Positions 1 through 10,117 are shown, counted from the stretch's first letter. The stretch is DNA of 64,000 nt from Alphaproteobacteria bacterium (GCA_028277665.1 JANQFU010000014.1:4926-68925), one strand, 5' to 3'. Notes: generated by a model from the sequence alone, not told the origin. Numbers and translations: made by a program.

Positions 1-735
1 TTGAAATATGAAGGCGTGTTCACGCTTCAGGTTCAGGGGGACGGCGCCGTTCCTTTTCTGGTCGCGGATGTCAGTTCATCGGGAGATTTGCGCGGGTATG
101 CCCGCTTCGATATGACCCGGATTACGGAACTTGAAAAAACGGGCGGCGAGGAAGAAAGCGAGCGGAACGACCGGGCGGAGATGTTTGGCGCGGGATATAT
201 CGCGTTTACAGTCGATCAGCCTGCGGGGCGGGGGGACCGCTATCAAGGCGTCGTGGAAATCAGGGGCGGGTCGCTGATCGATAGTCTGCATCACTATTTT
301 TTACAGTCAGAGCAGATCAGGACCGGGATCCGGATGGCTGTCGGGCTTCGAGACGGGCGCTGGCGGGCCGGCGCCGTTATGCTCCAGACACTGCCGGAAG
401 ACGGCGCGGCCGCCGCTGCCGAGCGCGACAGTGCAGAAGATGAAGACGACTGGCGCCGGAGTATGGTGTTGATGCAATCCGTTCGTAACGATGAATTACT
501 GGATCGGGACCTGTCGCACCAGACGCTTTTGTACCGGCTTTTTCATGAGGAGGGTGTCGTCGTTTTCGATCCGGCCCGGATCCGGGACCGGTGCCGGTGT
601 TCTGAAGAAAAAATTTTGGGCGTTTTACGCAGTATGCCTGAGGAAGCACGTGCAGATCTTGCCGTGGACGGGTGCATTACCGTCAAATGTGAATTTTGCA
701 GCCGGGAATATAAATTCGATCCGGATGTTTTATAA
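1..735 (+). CDS. hslO: Hsp33 redox-regulated chaperone, C-terminal part (5' end outside window)
   Basis: The ORF is open at the window edge. The body is Hsp33-like (GYIAFTVDQ, LHHYFLQSEQI). The C-terminal zinc centre is CRCS...CEFC (C-x-C ... C-x-x-C). Confidence 0.85.
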   Translation: MKYEGVFTLQVQGDGAVPFLVADVSSSGDLRGYARFDMTRITELEKTGGEEESERNDRAEMFGAGYIAFTVDQPAGRGDRYQGVVEIRGGSLIDSLHHYFLQSEQIRTGIRMAVGLRDGRWRAGAVMLQTLPEDGAAAAAERDSAEDEDDWRRSMVLMQSVRNDELLDRDLSHQTLLYRLFHEEGVVVFDPARIRDRCRCSEEKILGVLRSMPEEARADLAVDGCITVKCEFCSREYKFDPDVL

Positions 736-747
736 ACGGGAGCAGAT

Positions 748-1365
748 ATGATGTTCATAAAACAAAAAATATTTCTTTTTTGTGCTGTTGTGTTCGTGTC
801 GGCGTGCAGTTTGTCTTCATGTGTTTTTGTTCCAAAAAATGAAAGCGTCGTTCCGATTATTTCTCTTTCGCATCTTGTGCCGTTACCATTGGACGTCGCG
901 CGGATTATTTATGAAGAAAGTTCGTCGAGCGCGTCTTTTCGTTCTTCTCCCGCGTTTCCGGTCTCTTTGCGCGGATTGTTGTCCGACTATGGCAGGCAAC
1001 GTTTCGGGGCGGCCGGAACGGAAGGGAGTTTCCTTTATGAAATCGAAGATCTTCAGATTGCAAAGCGGCAGGTCGGACCTGCAGACGGCTGGAAAAAGAC
1101 ATTTGGCGTCGGGGTTCGGACGGAATATCTGATTTCCGCCGATATCAAGCTCGCATACATGTCTCCCGATACGTCCAGGACCCGCGGTTCCCGGATCAAG
1201 GTTCGCAGAACGGTCAGTATCCCGGACGGATATTCGATTGCACGGCGTGAAAAAGCGCTGATGTCAGCCTGTGAGACGCTGATCTCCGAGCTGGACCCGG
1301 TCGTTCTGAAAACACTCGACGATCCTTTGCGTCTTACGGTCTTATCGTCTCCAGAAGTCCGGTGA
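748..1365 (+). CDS. hypothetical lipoprotein
   Basis: N-terminal signal peptide with a lipobox-like VSAC/SSC (MMFIKQKIFLFCAVVFVSACSLSSC). I recognise no family motif. The 3' end overlaps the convergent trkH by 24 nt. Confidence 0.5.
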   Translation: MMFIKQKIFLFCAVVFVSACSLSSCVFVPKNESVVPIISLSHLVPLPLDVARIIYEESSSSASFRSSPAFPVSLRGLLSDYGRQRFGAAGTEGSFLYEIEDLQIAKRQVGPADGWKKTFGVGVRTEYLISADIKLAYMSPDTSRTRGSRIKVRRTVSIPDGYSIARREKALMSACETLISELDPVVLKTLDDPLRLTVLSSPEVR

Positions 1366-2784
1366 AAAAAGAATCAGAACCGTGAAAAGTTCGAGTCGTC
1401 CGATGATCATTCCGGTGCACAGGATCCATTTGGCGGCATCGGGCAACGAGGCAAAGGTCGATGCCGGACCGATCACCGGGCCAAGACCGGGGCCGACATT
1501 GGAAACAGCTGTGATGGCTCCGGAGACGGCCGTCAGGAAATCGAGACCGACGGCGGCCAGAGCGATACTCAACAGAACGAAACTCAGCGCGTAGACGAAA
1601 AAGAAACTCATAACGGACAGGATAACTTCCCGGCTCAAAATCGTGCCGCGGTAGTGCGGCAGGAAGACGCCGCTTGGATAAAGCAGGCGTTTGAGCTGGA
1701 TGACGGCGACGGCGTAGAGAATCTGGAAACGGAAAATTTTGATTCCACAGGTCGTCGAACCGGCGCAACCGCCGACAACCATTAAGAACAAAAAAAATGT
1801 TAGCGGGAAGGCGCCCCATGCGCTGTAGTCCGAATTTGCGTATCCCGTTCCCGTTATGGTCGTCGAAACGCTGAATGCGGCGTGTTCAAGTGCAACATTC
1901 CATGGTTCGTCCAGATAAAATATCAGGTAGAGCGTCATCATGACCACGGAAAGGCAGATAATCCCGAGGAACCAGCGAACCTGTGTGTCGCGGAGCAGAT
2001 CGCCCGGGTGTCCGGTTACGGCTCTCAGGTAGAGCACAAACGGCAAACCCCCGCACAGCATGAAGAAAATGGCAAGGATTTCAGCGTGATTCGTGTCGTA
2101 GTGACTGAAAGACGTGTCGAACGTTGAAAATCCGCCGGTCGCGATTGTCGTCATGGCATGGGCGACCGCATCAAATGCGCTCATTCCGGCCCAGTAATAA
2201 CAGATTCCGCAGATTGCCGTCAGTGCAACATAAACCAGAGAGATTGCGCCGGCGATCTGGGCGGCTTTGGGGAAAGCTTTTTCGTTTTCTGAAGACTCCG
2301 TTCGGAACAGTTGCATCCCCCCGACTTTCAGGAAGGGGAGCAGAGAGAGCGCCATGACAATAATTCCGATTCCGCCGAGCCATTGCAGCAATGCGCGCCA
2401 GAGCAGCAGGCCGGGGGGCATGCTTTCAAGATTTGTGATGATTGTTGCGCCTGTTGTCGTTATCCCGGATGTGGTCTCGAATATGGCATCCGCCGGAGAA
2501 AAATGAATATCTGATAACATAAACGGCACAGATGCGAACAGGATAACGACCAGCCAACTGGATGTCGTTAACAAGAAGCCCTGTCGCGTGTTCAATGTGA
2601 ACCGGTCTTGTGCGTTCCCAAGGGCCAGAGTGCCGCCGACAAAGGCGGTAAACAACATCGCGATAAAAAAGCTTTTCCAGTTTGACGAGCCGGCCAGCAG
2701 GTCGACGGCCATCGGAAAAACCATACTGGCTCCGAGGATCGTCAGCAAAAGGCCGAGGACATGGAGAACGGGTTTGAGATCCAT
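1342..2784 (-). CDS. trkH: Trk-type potassium uptake membrane subunit
   Basis: 480-aa polytopic membrane protein with four pore-loop glycine motifs (ITTTGATI, IATGGFST, ITGTGYAN, VSNVGPGLG) typical of TrkH/KtrB. Confidence 0.85.
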   Translation of the reverse strand: MDLKPVLHVLGLLLTILGASMVFPMAVDLLAGSSNWKSFFIAMLFTAFVGGTLALGNAQDRFTLNTRQGFLLTTSSWLVVILFASVPFMLSDIHFSPADAIFETTSGITTTGATIITNLESMPPGLLLWRALLQWLGGIGIIVMALSLLPFLKVGGMQLFRTESSENEKAFPKAAQIAGAISLVYVALTAICGICYYWAGMSAFDAVAHAMTTIATGGFSTFDTSFSHYDTNHAEILAIFFMLCGGLPFVLYLRAVTGHPGDLLRDTQVRWFLGIICLSVVMMTLYLIFYLDEPWNVALEHAAFSVSTTITGTGYANSDYSAWGAFPLTFFLFLMVVGGCAGSTTCGIKIFRFQILYAVAVIQLKRLLYPSGVFLPHYRGTILSREVILSVMSFFFVYALSFVLLSIALAAVGLDFLTAVSGAITAVSNVGPGLGPVIGPASTFASLPDAAKWILCTGMIIGRLELFTVLILFSPDFWRR

Positions 2785-2917
2785 GAGGCATTCTCTCTTT
2801 TCAGAAAAATCAACTCAAGAATAACCCGTTTTTATGGCGCCCGAAAGGGGCAAGGCCGGAGGGGAGGGCTCCGGCCTTGCTGTTCTTTTTTTCTGCTTTT
2901 ATTGGGGCAGGGAAGGT

Positions 2918-3850
2918 TTATTCGAAAGAAATGTTGGCCCGGCGGTTGGCGGGTTCGCGTACGTTATCCGCCGTGTCGACGAGAAGCTCTTCTTCCCCTT
3001 TGCTTTCCACCCGGATGACGTCGGGATCTATGTCGCGTTTGATCAGCTCGTCGCGGATCGTGTTTGCCCGCCGCAGGGAAAGCTTCCGGTTATAGGTTCT
3101 CGGACCGGAGGTGTCGGCATGCCCTGTGACTCTGACAAGATCCGTTCCCCCGCGGGCTCTGATCTCATCCGCGACAGCGTCGAGGACTTCGTTCCCTCCG
3201 GACCCGACCCGGGAAGAGTCCCAGTCGAAGAAGACGAGATACATGGCGTTTTCCTTGGCCATGGGCTGTGAGGCGTCCACACCCATTGGCATGACCGGCG
3301 GTGGCACCATGGTTTCCGGCTCCGGTTCCGGCGCGGGCGGCGGGGCCATCGTTCCAACTTTGGCTTCAAGGGCGTTCATCGCTTCCATAAATGCGGATTT
3401 GCATCCGAGAATTTCGTCGGCCTGCCAGTTTTCTTCCTGCTGTTCGATCCAGCAATCGTATCGGGCCTGGGCGATAGCCGTCTGGACCGGCGCGAATTCC
3501 CGGCTCCCCACGTCAAAAGCGGAAATCAGCCGGTCACGGGCGGAGCCAAGCTCTTCTATATGTTCCGGCAGCAGATTCCAGTCGACCGTCGGCTCCGGCA
3601 TAACCACTTCTCCGGCTGCTGCGGCAAGGCCTTTACGGGCGAAATGCAGTGCATCCGGGTAATCAAACATTTCCTTGAGTTCGCGGTTTGCGAATGTGCG
3701 ATATTCTCCGGCCAGCTGGCGCGTAAAGGGGTTTCCAACCGCCTGCGCTTCGTTTAGAGCCTCTACTTCTGTAAAACTCTCATATCCCGTGCAGCCACCG
3801 AGCAGCGCAACTGTTCCGGCAATGGCAAAAAACCGTGTGAATTTATACAT
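2918..3850 (-). CDS. OmpA/MotB-domain lipoprotein
   Basis: Lipobox LLGGC. A Pro-rich linker (APPPAPEPEPE) is followed by a C-terminal peptidoglycan-binding OmpA domain (VFFDWDSS..., TGHADTSGPRTYNRKLSLRRANTIRDEL). Confidence 0.8.
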   Translation of the reverse strand: MYKFTRFFAIAGTVALLGGCTGYESFTEVEALNEAQAVGNPFTRQLAGEYRTFANRELKEMFDYPDALHFARKGLAAAAGEVVMPEPTVDWNLLPEHIEELGSARDRLISAFDVGSREFAPVQTAIAQARYDCWIEQQEENWQADEILGCKSAFMEAMNALEAKVGTMAPPPAPEPEPETMVPPPVMPMGVDASQPMAKENAMYLVFFDWDSSRVGSGGNEVLDAVADEIRARGGTDLVRVTGHADTSGPRTYNRKLSLRRANTIRDELIKRDIDPDVIRVESKGEEELLVDTADNVREPANRRANISFE

Positions 3851-4086
3851 TTCTACTCCCTAACTTGAACCCTATCGTGTTGGAAATCCTATCCTGTATA
3901 TAGAGATCTCCCTCGAATGTGTAAACAGAGATTATGCTTTTTTCCCTGTTTTATTGCTATTTGGGCGTTCGGTCATAGAATGTTCGGGGGCGGCTTTGCT
4001 CCGGTCTGTTTTCGCGGCTTGCAAAACCGGAACAAAAGGGCTAAATATTCTGCCGTACTCCGGTCCGCCCGGGGGAAAGGACTTTT

Positions 4087-4161
4087 GCGGGTGTAGCTCA
4101 GTGGTAGAGCATTAGCTTCCCAAGCTAAGTGTCGAGGGTTCGATTCCCTTCACCCGCTCCA
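4087..4161 (+). tRNA. tRNA-Gly (anticodon CCC)
   Basis: The cloverleaf was folded by hand. The acceptor stem GCGGGTG pairs with CACCCGC. The D arm is GCTC-AGTGGTA-GAGC. The anticodon stem is TTAGC/GCTAA with loop TTCCCAA. The T arm is GAGGG-TTCGATT-CCCTT. A discriminator T and an encoded CCA follow. Confidence 0.9.
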
Positions 4162-4352
4162 TTTCCCATAAATTATTTTTCTTCAAAACATATCGTAGGA
4201 CTTGCCGCCGGGGTGGATTGTGGATTATCCTTGATAGTATCTTGCGCTGAGTCGCTTCGTCGACTCTTCCTTATATCACATCAAGAAGCTGTACGACATC
4301 CGAGCGTATCCGCTCCTTATAAAAACAAAACTGACGGCAGAAGGGTTTGCCT

Positions 4353-5024
4353 ATGGGCGAATGCATGAAAGCGAGACGGGCGATGGTTCATAGTCAGATT
4401 GAGACGTCGGGCGTGAATGATACGGCGCTTCTGTCTCTTTTCTCTGTCGTTCCCCGGGAAATTTTTGTGCCGGAAGATCGCCGGTTTGCTTGTTACAGGG
4501 ATGTTCCGGTCGATCTTGGAGGCGGGCGCGTTCTTATGCCTGCGAGTATGTGCGCGCGTCTTCTTAATGCTGCGGCGCCGGAGAGAGGCGATGTCGCTCT
4601 CAATCTCGCCTGTGGAACCGGCTATGATGCCGCCATTCTCTCAGGGCTTGTTGAAACTGTGATCGCGCAGGACGAGAATCCTGATTTCTCCGATGCGGCC
4701 GGGCAAATCTGGGAGGATCTCGGCTGCTGTAATATTGTTTCCGTACAGGGGGGCTTGAGAAGCGGCGCGCCGAAGCATGCTCCTTTTTCGTTGATTTTTG
4801 TCGGTGGGGGGGCTGTGCCGCAAGTTCCTGAAATCTGGAAAAAACAACTTTCTATCGGCGGACGGCTTGTCGCTGTCGAGCATAAGACCCCGCAGCATCC
4901 GCTTGGGGAAGCTGTTTTGTATAGAAAAATTGCGGAAAATATCTGTTCGCGCGATGTCCTTTTTGAAGCGGCGTTGCCGGATCTTCCTGAAATGCATTCC
5001 GTTCCGGCTTTTGTTCTGACGTAG
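4353..5024 (+). CDS. pcm: protein-L-isoaspartate O-methyltransferase family protein
   Basis: N-terminal pattern MVHSQIETSGVNDTALLSLFSVVPREIFVP and SAM motif I LNLACGTGYDAAIL. The start is ambiguous (TTG 4347, ATG 4353 after GAAGGG, ATG 4365). Confidence 0.75.
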   Translation: MGECMKARRAMVHSQIETSGVNDTALLSLFSVVPREIFVPEDRRFACYRDVPVDLGGGRVLMPASMCARLLNAAAPERGDVALNLACGTGYDAAILSGLVETVIAQDENPDFSDAAGQIWEDLGCCNIVSVQGGLRSGAPKHAPFSLIFVGGGAVPQVPEIWKKQLSIGGRLVAVEHKTPQHPLGEAVLYRKIAENICSRDVLFEAALPDLPEMHSVPAFVLT

Positions 5025-5055
5025 ATGAAAAGCCGGAGATCTGTCGAGGTTTGAA

Positions 5056-6570
5056 ATGTCGTGTTCTTTTAAATCGAAATCCGGGGTAAGAAAAACCGCG
5101 CTTTTACCGGCGGTCTTGATGTTGCTGTCGCCGGGGACACTTTGTGCGCAGGAGACGACAATCAAAACCGAAAGACTTTCTTCGGGAGAAATTCCGGCCG
5201 CATCATGGACGGGACCATGGGGAGCGCAGGAAGAGAAATCCCGCAAATCAGCGAGTCCAAATGTTTTGTATTATTTGAAAAAGGCCTATGACGAAAATCC
5301 TTCTCTCAGGGCGGCCCGGGCCGAGCTTCTGGCTTCGTATGAAAAATATCCTCAGGCAGCGGCCGGATATTTGCCGACGGTTTCCGTGGACGGCGGCGTA
5401 ACGGGGTCATCTCTGGACGGTGACGGTATTACGGGCGTCAACGATGACGGCGCGACATCTTATGAAATCGAGGCCGGAGTGTCGCAGCCGGTGTTCAGGG
5501 GCGGCCAGACGCTTGCGGCGCTCCGGGCCGCAAAGAGCGCCGTTGAGGCTCAGCGTTTCCTTTTACGTGCGGAAGAACAAAACGTTATCAGGCAGGCCGG
5601 TGTTGCTTACCTAAATCTTGTTCGGGATCAGGCTCTTGTTTCGCTTGCCGAGAACAATCTCAAGCTGATTTCCCGTCAAAGAGACGCAACCCGGGATCGA
5701 TATGAGGTCGGGGAATTGACAAAAACGGACCTTGCGCAAGCAGATGCGAGATATGCGGAGGCGGAAGCTCAGTTGATTACGGCCAAAGGGGACTATCAGG
5801 CGTCGGCCGCAAAATTCCGCCAGGTGACGGGAGCAACTCCGCCGGACCGTCTTCCTGCAATACCTTCACTGGAAATTTCTTTTCCGGAAAATCTGGATCT
5901 GGCTCTTGAGGCCGGTTTTCGGAATAATCCGTCCCTGAATGCGTCCATAGCTTTGAATGCGGCTTCGAAAGAAGACGTCCGCCGGATTTTCGGTGAATTA
6001 TTGCCGCAGGTCAGTCTTGTCGGCTCATGGACGAAAACATGGGATCCGTCTCCCGGGCTTTATGATGACCGGACAACCAAAATTTTGGGCCTGAGTGCCA
6101 GCGTTCCGTTATATCAGGGGGGGGCGACCCGTTCGCGGGTTCGGGAGGCGAGATATACAGAAAATCAAACCTTAATGGAAATCGATGAGACACGACGCTC
6201 CGTTCGTCAGAGCATCGTCGATGCCTGGGAGGGCTGGCAGACGGCGAAGGCTGAAATACTTTCCCGTAAAGCGCAGGCTGAAGCCCAATCCATCGCCAGA
6301 GAAGGCGTTTTACAGGAATCTCGTGTGGGGACCCGGACGGTTCTGGACGCGCTGGATGCCGATCAGGAATATCTTGACGCGCGTGTTGCTCTTGTGACGG
6401 CCCAGACTGACGAATCGACGGCGCGTATGGCTCTGGCCGAGTCGATAGGATGGCTCACACCGGAAATTCTGGGGTTTGAAAGCTATGAATCAGGTTATGA
6501 TGACGCTCTTCAAAGGACAAAAAACAGGTTTTTTAGTCTTGGGCGTGAATTAATTGAGGACAGACGTTAG
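5056..6570 (+). CDS. tolC: TolC-family outer membrane efflux protein
   Basis: Signal peptide followed by two OEP-type repeats. The N-terminal LKKAYDENPSLRAARAELLAS...YLPTVSV pattern is typical of alphaproteobacterial TolC. Confidence 0.85.
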   Translation: MSCSFKSKSGVRKTALLPAVLMLLSPGTLCAQETTIKTERLSSGEIPAASWTGPWGAQEEKSRKSASPNVLYYLKKAYDENPSLRAARAELLASYEKYPQAAAGYLPTVSVDGGVTGSSLDGDGITGVNDDGATSYEIEAGVSQPVFRGGQTLAALRAAKSAVEAQRFLLRAEEQNVIRQAGVAYLNLVRDQALVSLAENNLKLISRQRDATRDRYEVGELTKTDLAQADARYAEAEAQLITAKGDYQASAAKFRQVTGATPPDRLPAIPSLEISFPENLDLALEAGFRNNPSLNASIALNAASKEDVRRIFGELLPQVSLVGSWTKTWDPSPGLYDDRTTKILGLSASVPLYQGGATRSRVREARYTENQTLMEIDETRRSVRQSIVDAWEGWQTAKAEILSRKAQAEAQSIAREGVLQESRVGTRTVLDALDADQEYLDARVALVTAQTDESTARMALAESIGWLTPEILGFESYESGYDDALQRTKNRFFSLGRELIEDRR

Positions 6571-6658
6571 ACGTGCTTTGACAAGAACCTGAATTTATTC
6601 GAGACTTTGTCAGGATACGCGTAGAGTAAGTACATAAACAAAAGACAAAGACAGATTA

Positions 6659-7339
6659 ATGGCAGAACAGGACGCAGAGGAACAGGAACCGTCAATCGAG
6701 GAAATCCTTACCTCTATCCGCCAGATTATTTCGGATGACGATGAGGACGGCGAAACCGAATCGCCCGAGCCCGAATCTGTGCCCGATGCTCCTGAGCCGG
6801 AACCAGAACCTGAGCCAGAGCCAGGACCTGAACCTGAACCTGAACCAGAACCCGAGTCAGAACCTGAGCCAGAACCGGAACCGGAACCTGAACCCGAGCC
6901 GGAACCAGAACCTGAGCCGGAACCAGAACCTGAGCCCGAGCCCGAGCCGCTGCCAGATGATGATATTCTTGAATTGACGGAACGGGTCGAAGATGATGCG
7001 GATGCCGATATCGATGCTATTATGAACGATATTTCGGAAGAGCTTTCTGAGGATTCCGAGCCGGAATCTGTGCCGGAAAGCGATGCTTATGATGAAGAAC
7101 TCGATTCCCTGATTTCCGATACGGCCCGCGAAGCTTCCATGGCCTCTTTGGCGAAACTGACGTCCCGGATGGCGATCAACCGTCTGGATTCGGCCAGCGG
7201 GGTGACGCTGGAAGACATCGTCCGAGACCTTATGCGCCCGATGCTCAAGGACTGGCTTGACGAGAATCTGCCGAAAATGATTGAGCGGCTCGTCCAAAAA
7301 GAGCTTGAAAGGCTTGCACAGCAGGCTCTCGACGATTAA
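6659..7339 (+). CDS. popZ: DUF2497 / PopZ-like pole-organising protein with (Pro-Glu)n linker
   Basis: Conserved N-terminal helix [18 protein letters not shown] and conserved C-terminus [36 protein letters not shown], separated by an acidic Pro-rich linker. Confidence 0.65.
   Translation: MAEQDAEEQEPSIEEILTSIRQIISDDDEDGETESPEPESVPDAPEPEPEPEPEPGPEPEPEPEPESEPEPEPEPEPEPEPEPEPEPEPEPEPEPEPLPDDDILELTERVEDDADADIDAIMNDISEELSEDSEPESVPESDAYDEELDSLISDTAREASMASLAKLTSRMAINRLDSASGVTLEDIVRDLMRPMLKDWLDENLPKMIERLVQKELERLAQQALDD
6791..6949. repeat. tandem GARCCN hexanucleotide array (encodes alternating Pro-Glu)
   Basis: 53 codons of near-perfect gaaccn/gagccn repeats. An identical 23-mer, gagccggaaccagaacctgagcc, starts at 6794, 6896 and 6914. 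Confidence 0.95.
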
Positions 7340-7382
7340 AACCGTCCTCTGTAGATCATCATTATGAATTCAGGAGTTTTAG

Positions 7383-10046
7383 ATGCTGGAGAAAACCTTT
7401 CAGCCGGACGGGATCGAGTCGCGCTTGTTGGATAAATGGGAAGATGAGGGCGTTTTTGCCTGTGACCCGGGCAGTTCCGCCGCGCCGTTCACGATTATGA
7501 TGCCTCCGCCGAACGTGACGGGGAACCTCCATGTCGGCCACGCGCTGACTTATACGCTTCAGGATATTCTGACCCGCTACAAACGGATGAAAGGTTTTGA
7601 TGCGCTCTGGCAGCCGGGCACGGATCACGCTTCGATCGCCGTGCATATGGTCCTTGAAAATCAAATGGCGCAGGAAGGAACGGATCGCCAGACGCTTGGG
7701 CGTGAGGCCTTCATGAAGAGGGCATGGGAATGGAAAGATTTCTCGCACGGCAAAATCACGGGGCAGCTCCGGCGTCTGGGTGTCGGGCCCGACTGGTCGC
7801 GGGAGCGGTTTACGATGGACGAAGGCCTGTCGGCGGCGGTGACGAAGATCTTTATCGATCTTTATAACGATAAACTGATTTATCGCGCCGAGCGGCTTGT
7901 GAACTGGGATCCCGAGCGTCAGAGCGTGATCTCCGATATTGAAGTCGAAATGAAAGAGGTGAAGGGGCATCTCTGGCACATCCAGTATCCGATTGAGGGG
8001 GATGAGGCCCGTACGATCACGGTCGCGACGACACGGCCGGAGACGATGCTGGGGGATACGGCGATTGCCGTGCATCCCGATGATGAGCGGTACAAGGATC
8101 TTGTCGGGAAATTTGCGGTTTTGCCGCTGGTTGGGCGTCTTTTGCCGATTGTTGCCGATGAATACGCCGATCCGGAGCAAGGGAGCGGGGCCGTCAAGAT
8201 TACGCCGGCGCATGACTTTAACGACTTTGAGGTCGGCCGCCGTCATAATCTGGAGGTTATCAACATCTTTGATGAGCGCGCGCATATCAATGAAAATGCG
8301 CCGGATGAGTATCAGGGGCTGGAGCGTTTTGAAGCGCGCAAGCGCATCTTGGCGGAGCTTGAAGCGCAGGATCTTCTTGTTAAAGTTGACGATATCAAGC
8401 ACGCGGTGCCGCTCGGACAGAGGTCGGGGGTTCTGATTGAACCGTATTTGACCCTGCAATGGTTCTGCGATTCGCCGACCTTGGCCAAGGAAGCCGCCAA
8501 GGCTGTGCGTGACGGGCGGACGTCGTTTTATCCCAGGCAATACGAGAACATGTATTTCGACTGGGTCGATAATCAGCTTCCGTGGTGTATCTCGCGCCAG
8601 CTCTGGTGGGGGCATCAGATTCCGGCATGGTACGATCAGGACGGGAATGTCTATGTCGCCGAGAGCGAGGAACAGGCTCTTCAGGATGCCCGCGAGGTGC
8701 ATGGAGATAACGTCAGGCTGACCCGCGATTCGGATGTTCTGGATACCTGGTTTTCTTCGGCATTGTGGCCGTTTTCCACGCTTGGCTGGCCGGAAAGAAC
8801 GCCGGAGCTTGCGCGGTATTACCCGACCGACGTCCTGATTACCGGGTTTGACATTATCACGTTCTGGGTTTCCCGGATGATGATGTTCTCGCTCTATGCC
8901 ATGAAAGAGGTCCCGTTCCGGGATGTCTATATTCATGCTCTGGTCCGGGACGAAAAAGGCCAGAAAATGTCGAAATCCAGGGGGAACGTGATCGACCCGC
9001 TTGAGATGATCGACAGATACGGGGCAGATGCCCTGCGCTTTACCCTGTGTGCGATGGCGGCGCAGGGGCGGGACATTCGTTTGTCGGAAGAGCGGATAGA
9101 AGGCTACCGGAATTTTGCGACGAAGCTCTGGAACGCGGCGCGTTATTGCCAGATGAACGGCTGTACGCCGGATCCCGATTTCGATCCGGCGGCGGCGCAA
9201 TATACGCCGAATAGCTGGATTATCGGCGAAGTCGCGCGGACGGTTCAAAAAATTGATGCCGCTATGGACGCCTACCGTTTCAATGAGGCCGCCGGCCAGA
9301 TTTATCATTTTACGTGGGGGACGTTCTGCGACTGGTATCTGGAGTTTACGAAACCGGTTCTTTCGGATGCGCAGAATGCTTATGCCGATGAGACCCGCAA
9401 AACGACAGGCTGGGTTCTGGATCAAATTCTGGCTCTTTTGTCGCCGTTCATGCCGTTTATTACGGAGGAGCTCTATAACAACATCGCCGCCCGGCCGCCG
9501 GGCGCGGATATCCTGATGGTCCGTCCTCTGCCGGACGCGGCGGCGATCCCGCAGGTCCCGGACTCCGGAAAGGCGATGGACTGGCTGATCCGGACGATCT
9601 CGGAGATCCGGAGCGTGCGTTCGGACATGAATGTTCCGGCGGGCGCGAAAATCGATCTTCTCGTCAAGGGGGCGTCCTGTGCGACGAAAGAGAATTTTGG
9701 CCGGTTTGAGGAAATCATGTGCCGGATGGCCCGTCTGGAGACGATCCGTGTGCTTGAGGATACGGACGATCTTCCGAAAGGGGCTGTGCGGACCGTGGTG
9801 GATGAGGCGACACTGGCCCTGCCGATTGCGGATATTATCGATCTCGACAAGGAACGCGCGCGCCTGCGCAAGGAGATCGACAAGCTTACAAATCAGATTA
9901 ACTCAATCGATCAGAAACTTGAAAACAAGAAGTTTATTGAGAACGCGCCGGACGAGGTTATCGGCGAGCAAAAGCGCCGCCGCGAAGATGCGGAATCAAC
10001 CCGCGAAAAACTGACCCAGGCGCTCGGCCAGCTTGATGCTGCGTGA
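7383..10046 (+). CDS. valS: valyl-tRNA synthetase
   Basis: 887 aa with the class I HIGH motif (PPNVTGNLHVGHA), KMSKS (QKMSKSRGN) and a C-terminal coiled coil. Confidence 0.95.
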   Translation: MLEKTFQPDGIESRLLDKWEDEGVFACDPGSSAAPFTIMMPPPNVTGNLHVGHALTYTLQDILTRYKRMKGFDALWQPGTDHASIAVHMVLENQMAQEGTDRQTLGREAFMKRAWEWKDFSHGKITGQLRRLGVGPDWSRERFTMDEGLSAAVTKIFIDLYNDKLIYRAERLVNWDPERQSVISDIEVEMKEVKGHLWHIQYPIEGDEARTITVATTRPETMLGDTAIAVHPDDERYKDLVGKFAVLPLVGRLLPIVADEYADPEQGSGAVKITPAHDFNDFEVGRRHNLEVINIFDERAHINENAPDEYQGLERFEARKRILAELEAQDLLVKVDDIKHAVPLGQRSGVLIEPYLTLQWFCDSPTLAKEAAKAVRDGRTSFYPRQYENMYFDWVDNQLPWCISRQLWWGHQIPAWYDQDGNVYVAESEEQALQDAREVHGDNVRLTRDSDVLDTWFSSALWPFSTLGWPERTPELARYYPTDVLITGFDIITFWVSRMMMFSLYAMKEVPFRDVYIHALVRDEKGQKMSKSRGNVIDPLEMIDRYGADALRFTLCAMAAQGRDIRLSEERIEGYRNFATKLWNAARYCQMNGCTPDPDFDPAAAQYTPNSWIIGEVARTVQKIDAAMDAYRFNEAAGQIYHFTWGTFCDWYLEFTKPVLSDAQNAYADETRKTTGWVLDQILALLSPFMPFITEELYNNIAARPPGADILMVRPLPDAAAIPQVPDSGKAMDWLIRTISEIRSVRSDMNVPAGAKIDLLVKGASCATKENFGRFEEIMCRMARLETIRVLEDTDDLPKGAVRTVVDEATLALPIADIIDLDKERARLRKEIDKLTNQINSIDQKLENKKFIENAPDEVIGEQKRRREDAESTREKLTQALGQLDAA

Positions 10047-10089
10047 TGTGTACAGGAAGCTCTGCAAAAGCCCTTTTTTGCACAGAAAT

Positions 10090-10117
10090 CGTCATCCCGG
10101 CGTTCGCCGGGATGACG
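10090..10117. repeat. short palindromic element (CGTCATCCCGGCG...CGCCGGGATGACG), member of the dispersed repeat family
   Basis: Perfect 12-bp arms around a 4-nt centre. The same GTCATCCCGGC / GCCGGGATGAC arms recur at 16279-16346 and 42889-42959. Confidence 0.85.

Noticed and set aside
2850-2893. Hairpin GCAAGGCCGGAG...CTCCGGCCTTGC followed by a T-run between trkH and the OmpA-family gene.
   Set aside because: The T-run is on the plus strand, but both flanking genes are on the minus strand. It may still terminate the OmpA-family transcript weakly or act bidirectionally. I did not list it as a terminator.
4162-4346. Possible integration-site remnant downstream of tRNA-Gly.
   Set aside because: There is no integrase, no direct repeat of the tRNA 3' end, and no compositional island in the 185-nt spacer before pcm.
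4129-4368. 79-aa ORF overlapping the tRNA-Gly gene.
   Set aside because: It begins inside the tRNA and continues through a non-coding spacer. This is a typical artefact.
6735-7297. Alternate-frame ORFs through the PE repeat (6735-6977 plus strand, 6857-7297 minus strand).
   Set aside because: Low-complexity repeat DNA is open in several frames. Only the frame with the conserved PopZ-like N- and C-terminal ends is credible.
7362-9425. 687-aa ORF antisense to valS. Similar long antisense or alternate-frame ORFs occur at 13306-14610, 16395-17774, 23401-24423, 27740-28678, 30853-32982, 36792-37730, 40303-42254, 45728-46669 and 58416-59648.
   Set aside because: Each lies opposite, or out of frame with, a gene carrying unmistakable family motifs (valS, nuoD, nuoF, pgk, glyS, ppdK, GT9, dinG, and others). 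Their translations are Arg/Pro/Gly-rich, as expected from stop-poor frames in GC-rich DNA. They are not independent genes.
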